Origin: a candidate division WOR-3 bacterium UBA2202
GTDB lineage: Bacteria > Hydrothermota > 32-111
Assembly (NCBI GenBank): GCA_002327905.1
Contig: DCUY01000104.1
Span: 7,904 to 71,903, forward strand
DNA length: 64,000 nucleotides
Reading direction: 5' to 3'
The translations under genes and the position numbers were made by a program. This document shows positions 45,853-56,032 of this stretch, one piece after another; the first letter of the stretch is position 1; each line of letters starts with the position of its first letter. The notes under the pieces are model-generated. The model had not been told where the DNA came from. It made no database searches and saw nothing but the letters and a program-made list of their open reading frames with translations.

Positions 45853-47269
45853 CCTTAATATCCTGAATTTTCAGGATGTTGAGATTTCAGACATGACAAA
45901 TGACTCAAGAGAGGCGAAGAAAAACTCTCTCTTCATAGCTGTAAAGGGGAAAAACTTCGACGGAAATGATTTTATAGACAAGGCATGCAAGAACGGAGCC
46001 ACGGCGGTTCTCACTCATTTTGCCCCTGCAAAGAATTATCGAATACCTGTTCTTATAAGCTCCGACATGAACAGGGATCAGACTGTAATGGCTAAGAATT
46101 TTTTCTTGAACCCTCTGTCTTCAATAAGAACAATCGGAGTCACAGGAACAAACGGAAAGACTACAACAACATATATTCTCAGGTCGATTTTTTCTCAAAA
46201 TGAAAAGACCGGAGTGATAGGCACTATAAGGAATATTATAGGAGATGAAATTATTGAGACGCAAAACACCACTCCGGAGCCGGTCACGCTCTACAGAATC
46301 TTTGATAAAATGAAGACAAAGGGAGTGAAGACATTACTTATGGAGGTCTCAAGCCACGGATTGAAATTGAACCGCGTCTTCGGTGTTGAATTCGACTCTG
46401 CGATATTCACTAATCTCACGCAGGACCATCTTGATTTTCACGGCACAATGACAGATTACAGAAAATCCAAAGAGATGCTCTTTAAAATGATTAAGAAAGA
46501 CGGATTCGCAGTTATAAACGGAGATGATAAAAATCATCAACACTTCATAAGCGCGGCAGAGAACAAAAAGTCCTTTACATTCGGCATAAGAAACAAAAAT
46601 ACTGATTGGATTATTGATATAAAATCACTCTCTCTTGACGGAAGCAGATTCACTCTGACAGAAAAGAGCGAAGATAAGACTTTTGAGGTCTTTGTGCCTC
46701 TTGTGGGAGACTATAATATTTACAATGCCGCATGCTCATTCGTAACAGCTTATAATTTCAATATAAAACCTTCAATTATCCTTGACGGCATAAAGAATGT
46801 TCCTCAGGTTGACGGAAGATTTGAAAAATTCATGGATAAAAGAGGCTTTTATATTGTTGTCGATTATGCTCATTCTCCTGATGCTCTTGAACGGCTTCTT
46901 CGCACTGTAAAGCGCCTCACAAAGAACAGAGTCATAACGCTCTTCGGATGCGGAGGAGACAGAGACAGGGAGAAGAGGCCTATAATGGGAAAGATCGCAA
47001 CTCATCTTTCGGACTATGTTTTGATCACTTCGGATAATCCGCGCACAGAAGACCCTGAAGAGATTATAAAAGAAATCCTTGCGGGAGTTAAGGAGAAAAA
47101 CTGGGTGGTTGAGCTAAACAGGGCGAGAGCTATAAAGAAGGCGTTTCTCATGGCCCGAGACAATGACACAATAGTGATAGCTGGAAAAGGCCATGAAGAT
47201 TATCAGATAATAGGAACAAAAAAATATCATTTTGACGACAGAGAAGAAGTAAAAAAACATTTGAAATGA
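45821..47269 (+). CDS. murE: UDP-N-acetylmuramoyl-L-alanyl-D-glutamate--2,6-diaminopimelate ligase MurE
   Basis: GVTGTNGKTTTTYIL P-loop; DNPRTEDP (DNPR) motif. Confidence 0.85.
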   Translation: MKLAKIINGLDLNILNFQDVEISDMTNDSREAKKNSLFIAVKGKNFDGNDFIDKACKNGATAVLTHFAPAKNYRIPVLISSDMNRDQTVMAKNFFLNPLSSIRTIGVTGTNGKTTTTYILRSIFSQNEKTGVIGTIRNIIGDEIIETQNTTPEPVTLYRIFDKMKTKGVKTLLMEVSSHGLKLNRVFGVEFDSAIFTNLTQDHLDFHGTMTDYRKSKEMLFKMIKKDGFAVINGDDKNHQHFISAAENKKSFTFGIRNKNTDWIIDIKSLSLDGSRFTLTEKSEDKTFEVFVPLVGDYNIYNAACSFVTAYNFNIKPSIILDGIKNVPQVDGRFEKFMDKRGFYIVVDYAHSPDALERLLRTVKRLTKNRVITLFGCGGDRDREKRPIMGKIATHLSDYVLITSDNPRTEDPEEIIKEILAGVKEKNWVVELNRARAIKKAFLMARDNDTIVIAGKGHEDYQIIGTKKYHFDDREEVKKHLK

Positions 47270-47281
47270 CAAGGAAAAGAA

Positions 47282-48622
47282 TTGGATAAAATTAAAATCT
47301 GTTTTGCAGTCAAATCCGTTAACGGAGTATTAATGAACGGTTCTTCCGCTGTTTCCGAAATTTCAGCTGTGACAACGGATTCAAGGTCTAAAATCGAAAA
47401 TTCCCTATTTGTGCCTCTCAAAGGCGAAAAATTCGACGGACATGATTTTATAAATAAAGCTTATGAAAACGGAGCCTCAATAGTCCTATCGGCAAAAGAA
47501 CTTGATTCAAGCAAGCCGTATATCCGTGTTGATGACACGCTTTTTGCTCTGCACCGTCTTTCAACGGAATATCTTAAGACCTTGAATCTTAGAAGAGTGT
47601 GCATAACCGGCTCGACAGGAAAGACTACTACAAAGAATCTTCTCTCCGCATGCATAAGAGAAGAGGGAACAATTGCGACGGAAGGAAATACAAATAATCT
47701 GATAGGTGTTCCGCAGAATATATTCAGGTGCGGAAGAGAGACGAAGAATGTCATTCTTGAAATGGGAATGAACATGAAAGGCGAACTCACAGCACTCTCC
47801 GATATTGTGAAACCCACCCATATAATAATCACAACAGTAAATAATTCGCATATAGGAAATTTTGCTTCATTTGAAGAAATAATCAATGCCAAGCTTGAGA
47901 TACTCAGCGGATATTCAAACAGAGAGACTCCTGTGATTGTTAACGGTGATGACTCGCATGTCACAGAGAGAATGAAGGGAATAAATATAGTGACATTCGG
48001 AATGAACGGAAAGAATGATTTCCATCCGGAAGACATTACACTGATGAAAGAGAAGAGTGAGATAAAAATCAATTCAAAGACATACAGTATAGGAATACCC
48101 GGAATGGGAGGAGTTTACTCATTCCTCGCGGTCTTCGCATTCTTAAAGACATTTGCGGAATTTAAGTCCGACATTGAAAAGGGTCTCTCTGAATTTGTGA
48201 GGCCGCAGAGCAGACTGAACATTATTCCTTTGAGGGATATTACTCTGATAGATGATTCCTACAATGCCTCCCCTGCTTCAATGCAGAATGCAATTGATGT
48301 TTTGAGCAGATTCTCTGCAAGAAGAGTCGCTCTTCTCTCTGATATGCTTGAACTCGGAGATGAATCAAAATTCCTGCATGAGAGAGTGGGAGAGGAACTG
48401 AACAAAAAATCCATTGATGTGCTGGTCGCAGTAGGAAAAGAGGCAAAGACATACTATGATATTTTTATTGGGGAAAAATATTATTTTGAAGAGAGAAAAG
48501 AGATGGAGAAAAAGATATTTTCGATATTGCAGAGCAGGGATGCGGTTCTTGTGAAGGGTTCGCATTCCACAATGATGAATGAGACTGCAAAACTTATAAA
48601 GGAGAATTATAATGCTTTATAG
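47282..48622 (+). CDS. murF: UDP-N-acetylmuramoyl-tripeptide--D-alanyl-D-alanine ligase MurF
   Basis: ITGSTGKTTTKNLL P-loop; Mur ligase middle and C-terminal domains; 446 aa. Confidence 0.85.
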   Translation: MDKIKICFAVKSVNGVLMNGSSAVSEISAVTTDSRSKIENSLFVPLKGEKFDGHDFINKAYENGASIVLSAKELDSSKPYIRVDDTLFALHRLSTEYLKTLNLRRVCITGSTGKTTTKNLLSACIREEGTIATEGNTNNLIGVPQNIFRCGRETKNVILEMGMNMKGELTALSDIVKPTHIIITTVNNSHIGNFASFEEIINAKLEILSGYSNRETPVIVNGDDSHVTERMKGINIVTFGMNGKNDFHPEDITLMKEKSEIKINSKTYSIGIPGMGGVYSFLAVFAFLKTFAEFKSDIEKGLSEFVRPQSRLNIIPLRDITLIDDSYNASPASMQNAIDVLSRFSARRVALLSDMLELGDESKFLHERVGEELNKKSIDVLVAVGKEAKTYYDIFIGEKYYFEERKEMEKKIFSILQSRDAVLVKGSHSTMMNETAKLIKENYNAL

Positions 48623-49700
48623 TCTGTCACTGCTTTTTTTCAAAGACATAGCCCTGTTCAGATACATCACATTCCGCTCCGCTATGGCTTCAATAACAGC
48701 TCTCCTCGTAACATTTATATTCGGCAGAGGCATTATAAACGCAATAAGGAAACATAATGTCAATGAAAAAATAAGAGAGGACGGACCTAAGACTCATCTT
48801 GTCAAGCAGGGCACTCCGACTATGGGGGGCATTATAATAATAATATCCATATTAAGCGGTGTTCTCCTCTGGGCTGACCTTTCAAATCCCTTCATTCAGG
48901 TCATGATCGCATCAATGCTCGGATTCTCCCTCCTCGGTTTTACCGACGACCTTATAAAACTCACAGACAAAAAGGGAGTTCTGCCTGTATATAAGCTTTT
49001 GTTCCAGTTTCTAATTGCAGGAGGAATAGTTCTGTTCATGATTAATTCAAAGAATTATTCCACGCTCAACACATATACAAATATTTTGTTTGTGAAGAAT
49101 CTTATGGTTGACCTGTCTTTTCTCTTCTTCCCGTTTGTAATAATAGTGATAATGGGAACCACAAATGCAGTTAACATAACTGACGGGCTTGACGGATTGG
49201 CTTCAGGTCTTCTCGCTATTATTTTCTTCGTATTTGCAATAATCATATACATTGTCGGAAACAGGGTTTTCAGCGGATACCTTAATATGATGTATATTCC
49301 AGAAATAGGAGAACTGACACTCTTTATTCTGTGTAGCGCGGCGGCATCTCTGGGCTTTCTCTGGTTTAATTCATATCCTGCGGAGATATTCATGGGAGAT
49401 ACAGGATCCCTCACTCTTGGCGGAATACTCGGCACTGCGGCAGTGCTTTCTAAGCAAGAGATTCTTCTCTTCATTGCAGGAGGCGTCTTTGTAATTGAAG
49501 CCTCTTCATCAATGCTTCAGATAATATATTTCAAAATGACAAAGAGAAGTGCCACAGGAGGAAAGAGACTCTTCAAAATGGCTCCCCTGCACCATCATTT
49601 TGAGCAGATGGGGATAAAGGAGACAAAAATAGTTGCGAGATTCTACATTCTTGCAGTCATATTCGGAATAATTGCATTAAGCACATTAAAGATAAGGTAA
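48612..49700 (+). CDS. mraY: Phospho-N-acetylmuramoyl-pentapeptide transferase MraY
   Basis: 10-TM protein with NAVNITDGLDGLA and MGDTGSLTLGG motifs; 362 aa. Confidence 0.9.
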   Translation: MLYSLSLLFFKDIALFRYITFRSAMASITALLVTFIFGRGIINAIRKHNVNEKIREDGPKTHLVKQGTPTMGGIIIIISILSGVLLWADLSNPFIQVMIASMLGFSLLGFTDDLIKLTDKKGVLPVYKLLFQFLIAGGIVLFMINSKNYSTLNTYTNILFVKNLMVDLSFLFFPFVIIVIMGTTNAVNITDGLDGLASGLLAIIFFVFAIIIYIVGNRVFSGYLNMMYIPEIGELTLFILCSAAASLGFLWFNSYPAEIFMGDTGSLTLGGILGTAAVLSKQEILLFIAGGVFVIEASSSMLQIIYFKMTKRSATGGKRLFKMAPLHHHFEQMGIKETKIVARFYILAVIFGIIALSTLKIR

Positions 49701-49701
49701 T

Positions 49702-51042
49702 ATGGTAAAGGACAAAAGATTCTCAGTCATAGGATTCGGCAGAAGCGGACAGGCGATTGCAAAGCTCTTGACTGCAAAACAGGGAATTGTATTCGTCTCC
49801 GACTCAAAGCCAATGTCCAAGGAGCAGATGAAAGTGATAGCGGATTATCATCTGAAATATGAGACCTCCCACTCTGAAGATATACTCAATGCGGATTACA
49901 TTGTTCTAAGCCCGGGAGTTCCCGACACTATAGAGATGGTCAGAAGAGCCGCATGGAAGAGAATCCCAGTGCTCTCGGAGATTGAGATGGCATCAAGGCT
50001 GATGAAGAATAAATTCATCTGCATTACAGGAACAAACGGAAAATCAACAACCGCATACCTCGCCTACCAGATACTGAAGCTTCTTGATGCTGACTGCGAC
50101 CTTGGAGGAAACATCTCCCCGGGAAAATCATTGAGCGAAATCGCAATCAATGAGCCTGATAAAAACAAACTGATAGTCCTTGAACTCTCTTCATTCCAGC
50201 TTGAGCATATAGTCAAATTTACTCCTTTTATAGGAATGATTACAAATATTTCGGATGACCATCTTGACAGATACAAATCAATTGATGATTACCTTAATGC
50301 AAAACTGCAGATGTTCAAAAATATGAAGGACGAGGGATTCAAGATTCTAAACAAGGATGACACATCTCTGCAGAGGATTGAACCAACGCAGAACACTCTG
50401 TATGTTTCGGAGAATGAGGTTGAGAGAGGAGCATTCTTAAAAGGAAAAGAGATAATCATAAGATTCAATTCAAAGGAGCATTCTTATGACATCTCCGGTT
50501 TCCGTCTTATAGGAAAGCATAATCTGTATAATCTGATGTTCGCCCTTCTCTCGTCTGTAATAGCATACAAATTTTCGCCCTCTCTTGATGAAAAATTCAA
50601 TGAGCTAAAGGGCCTTGAACATCGAATGGAATTTGTTGCAGAAATTGATAATGTAAAAATATTCAATAATTCTATGTGCACCAATCCAAAGGCATTTGTC
50701 TCCTCCCTTGAATCTGCAGGAGAGAATCAAACAGTGATTCTCGGCGGAAGAAACAAAAACTTTGACACTGACATTATTATTAAAGCAATAGTGAAATACG
50801 CAAAACAGGCATATATCATGGGAGAGGTGAAAGAATCAGTGAAACAGCTTCTCATGGATGAAGGATTCTCAAACGCGGAGACCGTAAACTCTCTTGAAGA
50901 GGCATTCGATAAGGCGATACTAAATGCAGATAAGGGAACTGCAATAAACTTTTCACCGGGATTCGCATCATTCGATATGTTTAAGGACTTCACGGACAGA
51001 GGAAACAAATTCAAGGAGATTGTGAAAAGATATGTCAAATGA
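49702..51042 (+). CDS. murD: UDP-N-acetylmuramoylalanine--D-glutamate ligase MurD
   Basis: VIGFGRSGQAIAKLL Rossmann start; ITGTNGKSTTAYL P-loop; 446 aa. Confidence 0.85.
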   Translation: MVKDKRFSVIGFGRSGQAIAKLLTAKQGIVFVSDSKPMSKEQMKVIADYHLKYETSHSEDILNADYIVLSPGVPDTIEMVRRAAWKRIPVLSEIEMASRLMKNKFICITGTNGKSTTAYLAYQILKLLDADCDLGGNISPGKSLSEIAINEPDKNKLIVLELSSFQLEHIVKFTPFIGMITNISDDHLDRYKSIDDYLNAKLQMFKNMKDEGFKILNKDDTSLQRIEPTQNTLYVSENEVERGAFLKGKEIIIRFNSKEHSYDISGFRLIGKHNLYNLMFALLSSVIAYKFSPSLDEKFNELKGLEHRMEFVAEIDNVKIFNNSMCTNPKAFVSSLESAGENQTVILGGRNKNFDTDIIIKAIVKYAKQAYIMGEVKESVKQLLMDEGFSNAETVNSLEEAFDKAILNADKGTAINFSPGFASFDMFKDFTDRGNKFKEIVKRYVK

Positions 51043-52108
51043 CAGAAAGATTCTCCTGATTGTCAGCCTGCTCGTGCTCTTTGGTATATTCACTCTGTTC
51101 AATGCCTCGTCATTCATATCATCACAGCTTGAAAGGTGCGGTCATAATCCTTTTTACTATGTAATCAAGCAGGTCGAGGCGATATTCATCGGAGGTATAG
51201 CGATGCTTGTTTTAAACAAGATTGACCTTGAAAAATTGAAAAAAATGGCTCTTCCCGGCCTCATTTTCTCCATAATGCTTTTAGCGATTGTTCTGATTGT
51301 CGGTAAGGAGATAAACGGAGCAAAAAGGTGGCTTGATTTGGGAATAACAAATTTTCAGCCCTCTGAGATGGCGGAGTTTTTTATACTTCTTTATCTTTCC
51401 GCTTTCATCTCCTCCTCCAAAATCGGCAAAAAGACTCATGAAAAGATAATAGCAGTTCTTGTTCTCTGTCTCACAGCTATTGTTCTTGTGGCTGTGGAGC
51501 CTAATCTGTCAACCGCCCTTCTCATGTACCTCTTTGTGATAGTTCTTCTTCTCCTCTCGGATATTCCCAGAGGATATATCTTTTCCATGTGCGTTTTCCT
51601 TGTGGTCGGCTTTTTGGCGATGATTCCAAGATACGCGCATGCGGTAACTCGCCTTAAAATGCTTGCAGGTTCAGTGCACTCGGAGCAGGCTGAAAATTCA
51701 ATTTTGGCGATAGCGAACGGAGGATTCTTCGGACAGGGGATCGGTATGGGAAAATTCAAATTATTTTTTATTCCTGAAGTCCACTCGGATTTCATATTCA
51801 CAACAATCGCTGAAGAATTCGGATTCATAGGCTGCATAATACTTATAGGCGCGTTTCTCTTGTTTCTGAAGACAGGAATTGATGTGGCAAAGAATTCGTA
51901 CAGCACATTTTCAAAAGTTCTTGCATTCGGAATCACATTCATCATATTCACAAAGGCAATCACTCATATAGCAATATCCCTCAAAATTGCTCCCACGACA
52001 GGACTGGTGCTTCCATTCATATCATACGGCGGTAGCGCAATGATATTTAATCTGGCGATGATCGGAATACTCATGAATATCGCAAGGGACGGCTATAATG
52101 CAAAATAA
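51032..52108 (+). CDS. ftsW: SEDS-family peptidoglycan glycosyltransferase FtsW
   Basis: Polytopic; FIPEVHSDFIFTTIAEEFGFIG and PFISYGGSAMI SEDS motifs; 358 aa. Confidence 0.85.
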   Translation: MSNDRKILLIVSLLVLFGIFTLFNASSFISSQLERCGHNPFYYVIKQVEAIFIGGIAMLVLNKIDLEKLKKMALPGLIFSIMLLAIVLIVGKEINGAKRWLDLGITNFQPSEMAEFFILLYLSAFISSSKIGKKTHEKIIAVLVLCLTAIVLVAVEPNLSTALLMYLFVIVLLLLSDIPRGYIFSMCVFLVVGFLAMIPRYAHAVTRLKMLAGSVHSEQAENSILAIANGGFFGQGIGMGKFKLFFIPEVHSDFIFTTIAEEFGFIGCIILIGAFLLFLKTGIDVAKNSYSTFSKVLAFGITFIIFTKAITHIAISLKIAPTTGLVLPFISYGGSAMIFNLAMIGILMNIARDGYNAK

Positions 52109-53108
52109 ACGCAATCTTATAATCTCCGCTGGAGGAACAGGAGGGCACATAATTCCCGCCCTTACAATCGGACTCTCTCTACAAAATGTAAATCCGATAT
52201 TCATCTGCGGAAGAAGAGATATTGAAAAAACAGTATATGAAAATTTCAATGTCAAACCCATTCTTTTGAATCTCAATTCCTTCTCTTTTGTCTCATTCAT
52301 TTTTAGTCTGCCTAAAAACATAATGACTGCTGTAAAAATATTAATAGATAAAAATCCGCAATCAGTCATTATTGCAGGCAACTATACTTCAGTGCCTGTG
52401 GGAATAGCCTCTGTAATGCTTCATAAGAGACTGTTTGCAGTAGAACAGGACGCTCTTATAGGCAAGGCGAATAAAGTCTTTGCAAGAGCCGCATGCAGAA
52501 TATTCACTGCGTATGAGCCTCCGTTCAGATACATTGACAATAAAAAGGCGGTGTATGTCGGACATGTGATACGAGATGAAGTGAGAAATCCGAGAAAGAG
52601 TGAGAATGACATTACAATTGAAACTGACAGAAAAAAAATACTTATAATGGGAGGAAGTCAGGGCGCTCTAACAATGACAAAAAAGATTATTGAAATTCTT
52701 TCAAAGAAGGGAGAGTATCATCTTATAGTGATTGCGGGAAAAAACCTCGAAAAATTTGAATGTGCGCCCAACACGACATTATTGGGATTCTACAAAAATA
52801 TGGGATACCTCTATTCTATTGCGGACTTGATTATAGCCCGTTCAGGCGCATTAAGCGTTGCTGAAATAGCATCCACCAATAAGCCCGCAGTATTCATTCC
52901 ACTGTCAACTGCTTCAAACAATGAGCAGAGAAAAAATGTCGAAGCATTGATGAAGAATAATTCTCAATTTGAAATACTTGATGAATACAAAATAGATGAA
53001 GAGTCCCTTCTAAGAAAAATAAAGAGAGTCGAAGTTCTAAGAGGCGCAAATAAGAGCGCGGAAACGGTTTTCAAAAAACAGATATCAATCATAGAAAATT
53101 ATGTTTAA
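52098..53108 (+). CDS. murG: UDP-GlcNAc:lipid I N-acetylglucosaminyltransferase MurG
   Basis: ISAGGTGGHIIPAL N-terminus; GT28 fold; 336 aa. Confidence 0.85.
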   Translation: MQNKRNLIISAGGTGGHIIPALTIGLSLQNVNPIFICGRRDIEKTVYENFNVKPILLNLNSFSFVSFIFSLPKNIMTAVKILIDKNPQSVIIAGNYTSVPVGIASVMLHKRLFAVEQDALIGKANKVFARAACRIFTAYEPPFRYIDNKKAVYVGHVIRDEVRNPRKSENDITIETDRKKILIMGGSQGALTMTKKIIEILSKKGEYHLIVIAGKNLEKFECAPNTTLLGFYKNMGYLYSIADLIIARSGALSVAEIASTNKPAVFIPLSTASNNEQRKNVEALMKNNSQFEILDEYKIDEESLLRKIKRVEVLRGANKSAETVFKKQISIIENYV

Positions 53109-54486
53109 AAATATTTATCACATTCATTTTGTCGGGATAGGCGGAATAGGAATGAGCGGCATATCGGAAGTCCTAAAATCAATGGGATACAGCATATCCG
53201 GTTCGGACATAAGAGAGTCGCAGATAACAGACCATCTAAAGAGCATAGGCATAAAGATAGTTATAGGCCATTCACCGTCTAATGTGGGAGATGCCGATGT
53301 TGTTGTCTATTCTTCCGCAGTAAAGAGCGACAATGTGGAGCTTATTCAGGCTAAAAAGGAAAAAATTCCGGTTATACCGAGAGCTGAAATGCTCGCTGAG
53401 CTTATGAGAATGAAATTCTCCATAGGTGTTGCGGGAACACACGGCAAGACAACCACTACTTCGCTTATAGCAAAAATCTTCCACAACGCCAAACTTGATC
53501 CGACAATAATAATCGGAGGACAGGTAAAGGTCTTTGAAGGAGCAAATGCCCGCCTCGGAGCAGGAGAATACCTGATTGCAGAAGCTGACGAAAGCGATAA
53601 ATCGTTTCTAAAACTCTTCACTTCAATGGCTGTGATAACAAATATCGATGAAGACCATCTTGACAATTATAAAGATCTTGAAGAGATAAAAGAGCATTTC
53701 ATAAAATTTGCAAATTCAGTTCCGTTTTACGGTTCAGTGATAATATGTATTGATGATGAAAACAACAGAAATGTACTTGACAGAATAAACTCCAAAGTCA
53801 TATCATACGGATTCGGAAGAAGAGGCGATGTAAGGGCAATTGATTTAAAGATGAAGGTTCTCGGCTCCAAATACCAGCTTGTTTCAAGAAACATGCCTTT
53901 GGGGGAAATAACCCTGAATATTCCGGGAAAGCATAATGTGCTCAATTCACTCGCCGCAGCTGCTGTTGCTATTGAGATGGAGATTCCATTCAAGACCATA
54001 AAAGAGGCATTGTCGCAATTCAGCGGAGTGAAAAGAAGATTCGAAATAATTTTTCAAGACGAAAGGAAAAACATCTTTGTCGTGGATGACTATGCTCACC
54101 ATCCTGCGGAGATATTTACTGTAATCAATTCTGCAAGAAACATGGGAGACTATAAAGTTGTGACTGTCTTTCAGCCGCATTTATATTCACGCACTCTATC
54201 TCTTAAAGACAGATTCTCCGAAGTTTTGTCCAAATCGGATATTTCCGTTGTAACAGATATATACCCTGCAAGAGAGACGCCCGTTGAAGGAGTCACAGGA
54301 GAGATTTTATACAATGAAATAAAAAAGACTCTCAAAGATAATGCGCATTATGTTCCTGATAAGAATGACCTGCCCGGATTTCTCAAAAAATTCGCTGATG
54401 ACAATACAATCTTCCTTTTTATCGGAGCGGGAGACATAAACAAATATTCACTGAGTTTTGCAGAGGCTATGAATGAAAAAATATGA
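53101..54486 (+). CDS. murC: UDP-N-acetylmuramate--L-alanine ligase MurC
   Basis: HFVGIGGIGMSGISEVL; VAGTHGKTTTTSLI; 461 aa. Confidence 0.9.
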   Translation: MFKNIYHIHFVGIGGIGMSGISEVLKSMGYSISGSDIRESQITDHLKSIGIKIVIGHSPSNVGDADVVVYSSAVKSDNVELIQAKKEKIPVIPRAEMLAELMRMKFSIGVAGTHGKTTTTSLIAKIFHNAKLDPTIIIGGQVKVFEGANARLGAGEYLIAEADESDKSFLKLFTSMAVITNIDEDHLDNYKDLEEIKEHFIKFANSVPFYGSVIICIDDENNRNVLDRINSKVISYGFGRRGDVRAIDLKMKVLGSKYQLVSRNMPLGEITLNIPGKHNVLNSLAAAAVAIEMEIPFKTIKEALSQFSGVKRRFEIIFQDERKNIFVVDDYAHHPAEIFTVINSARNMGDYKVVTVFQPHLYSRTLSLKDRFSEVLSKSDISVVTDIYPARETPVEGVTGEILYNEIKKTLKDNAHYVPDKNDLPGFLKKFADDNTIFLFIGAGDINKYSLSFAEAMNEKI

Positions 54487-55303
54487 AATGTATGACCTGA
54501 AAAAGGCATCGTATATAAAAATAGGATGCAAGGCAAAAAACTTTATTGAAGTTTACAATGAAGATGACCTTAAAGAGGCAGTAAGCATGAATAATCCGAA
54601 AATCCTCGGAGGAATGTCAAATGTTCTCTTCGCAGGAGATTCTTATGAAAATACATTCATTTCACTGCAGGGCGAATTTAAGGAGATTGAGAGAATCAGC
54701 GACACTGATGTCAGGGCGGGAGCAGGAGTAATGCTCTCCTCTCTTCTCTCGTTTCTCGCGGAAAACGGACTCTCCGGACTTGAGGAATTGAGCGGCATTC
54801 CGGGCTCTTTAGGCGGAATGCTTTTTATGAATGCCGGCGCAAACGGAGTCTCAATTTCAGACCTGCTTGTAAGCTTTGACACTCTTGAGAATAAGAATTT
54901 GAAAAAGGATGAATGCGTTTTTTCATACAGGCATTCTTCAATAAAGGAGCCTGTTGAATTCGTCACTCTCCGCCTTAAAAAAGATTCCAAGGAGAATATA
55001 AAGAATAAAATGTCCGATATTATAAATAAAAGAAAGATGACTCAGCCTTATGACACTCTCTCTTTGGGATGCGTCTTTAAGAATCCTGCTTTTGAAATTC
55101 CGGCTTGGAAGCTGATAGATTCTGTGGGAATGCGTTCAAAATGCGTAAATGATGTCTGTGTCTCTGAAAAACATTCCAATTTTATAATAAACAAAGGAGA
55201 CGGGAAAGCGTCGGATTTTCTCTCCCTGTCAGAAGAGATTGTGAAACTCGTGTGGGAGAATTATAATGTGAAACTGGAGTATGAAATTGAGATACTATTC
55301 TAA
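54473..55303 (+). CDS. murB: UDP-N-acetylenolpyruvoylglucosamine reductase MurB
   Basis: FAD-binding PCMH-type domain (ILGGMSNVLF) and C-terminal MurB domain; 276 aa. Confidence 0.8.
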   Translation: MKKYEMYDLKKASYIKIGCKAKNFIEVYNEDDLKEAVSMNNPKILGGMSNVLFAGDSYENTFISLQGEFKEIERISDTDVRAGAGVMLSSLLSFLAENGLSGLEELSGIPGSLGGMLFMNAGANGVSISDLLVSFDTLENKNLKKDECVFSYRHSSIKEPVEFVTLRLKKDSKENIKNKMSDIINKRKMTQPYDTLSLGCVFKNPAFEIPAWKLIDSVGMRSKCVNDVCVSEKHSNFIINKGDGKASDFLSLSEEIVKLVWENYNVKLEYEIEILF

Positions 55304-55361
55304 CAAAGGCGACCGTTTGTACAGACATTACACTCTTCAGAAGAAGAAAAAAAAGAATTTC

Positions 55362-56018
55362 ATGAACAAGCTTCCTCAGGCAACCCTCAGAATAATGCTT
55401 TTGATTTTAATAGTGTCTTTGTCCGCATTTGCCGTTAATTATTTTTTGAAGACGGGCAGTATGTTCGCAGTCAAAACAATCAAAATCGTAGTAGCTAATG
55501 AGAAATCCTCTGTTGAACAAAACTCTCTTGATGCATTTAAGGGAGTCAATCTTAATACTCTCAAAAAAAGCGACATAGCGGAGTTCTATAACAATAAAAA
55601 CAGCGAATATGGAGTGAGAAGCATACAGAAGATTCTGCCTTCCGCATTGAAAGTGGTCTTATACAGAAGATTTCCCATTTTCCTCGTCAATAATGAATGG
55701 GTGGTCAATAATGACCTGTCGATATTTCCTTACACTGAAAAATGCGTCAATTATATACCTCTCACTGTAAATGAAAGCGAATTGAAATCCATATTCGACA
55801 TACCGGGGCTTCCGACAATTCACAAGCAGATAATAAAAGAGAGGGATTTAATCAGATCAATGGCATTCGAAGGTTCGAATATATATTTGAGGATGAAGAA
55901 CGGAAAGCTGATAGTGATATCTGCCGGACAGTCTCTCCCCTCTCTCAAGGATGCTTCGGCATCTGATTTCAAAGTTTTGGATTTCAGATTTAATAATGCA
56001 ATATATGTAAAAAAATAA
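55362..56018 (+). CDS. ftsQ: FtsQ/DivIB-like division protein (POTRA)
   Basis: Single N-terminal TM LRIMLLILIVSLSAF, periplasmic POTRA-like region; position between murB and ftsA. Start chosen at MNKLPQ. Confidence 0.55.
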   Translation: MNKLPQATLRIMLLILIVSLSAFAVNYFLKTGSMFAVKTIKIVVANEKSSVEQNSLDAFKGVNLNTLKKSDIAEFYNNKNSEYGVRSIQKILPSALKVVLYRRFPIFLVNNEWVVNNDLSIFPYTEKCVNYIPLTVNESELKSIFDIPGLPTIHKQIIKERDLIRSMAFEGSNIYLRMKNGKLIVISAGQSLPSLKDASASDFKVLDFRFNNAIYVKK

Positions 56019-56032
56019 AAAAGTGAGGTTTT

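Noticed and set aside
47461-48072. 203-aa ORF on the minus strand, and similar long antisense ORFs (51436..51963, 56593..57063, 58003..58569, 45375..45770)
   Set aside because: All lie fully inside well-supported dcw genes (murF, ftsW, ftsA, ftsZ, ftsI) on the opposite strand and show no motif or coding signal of their own.
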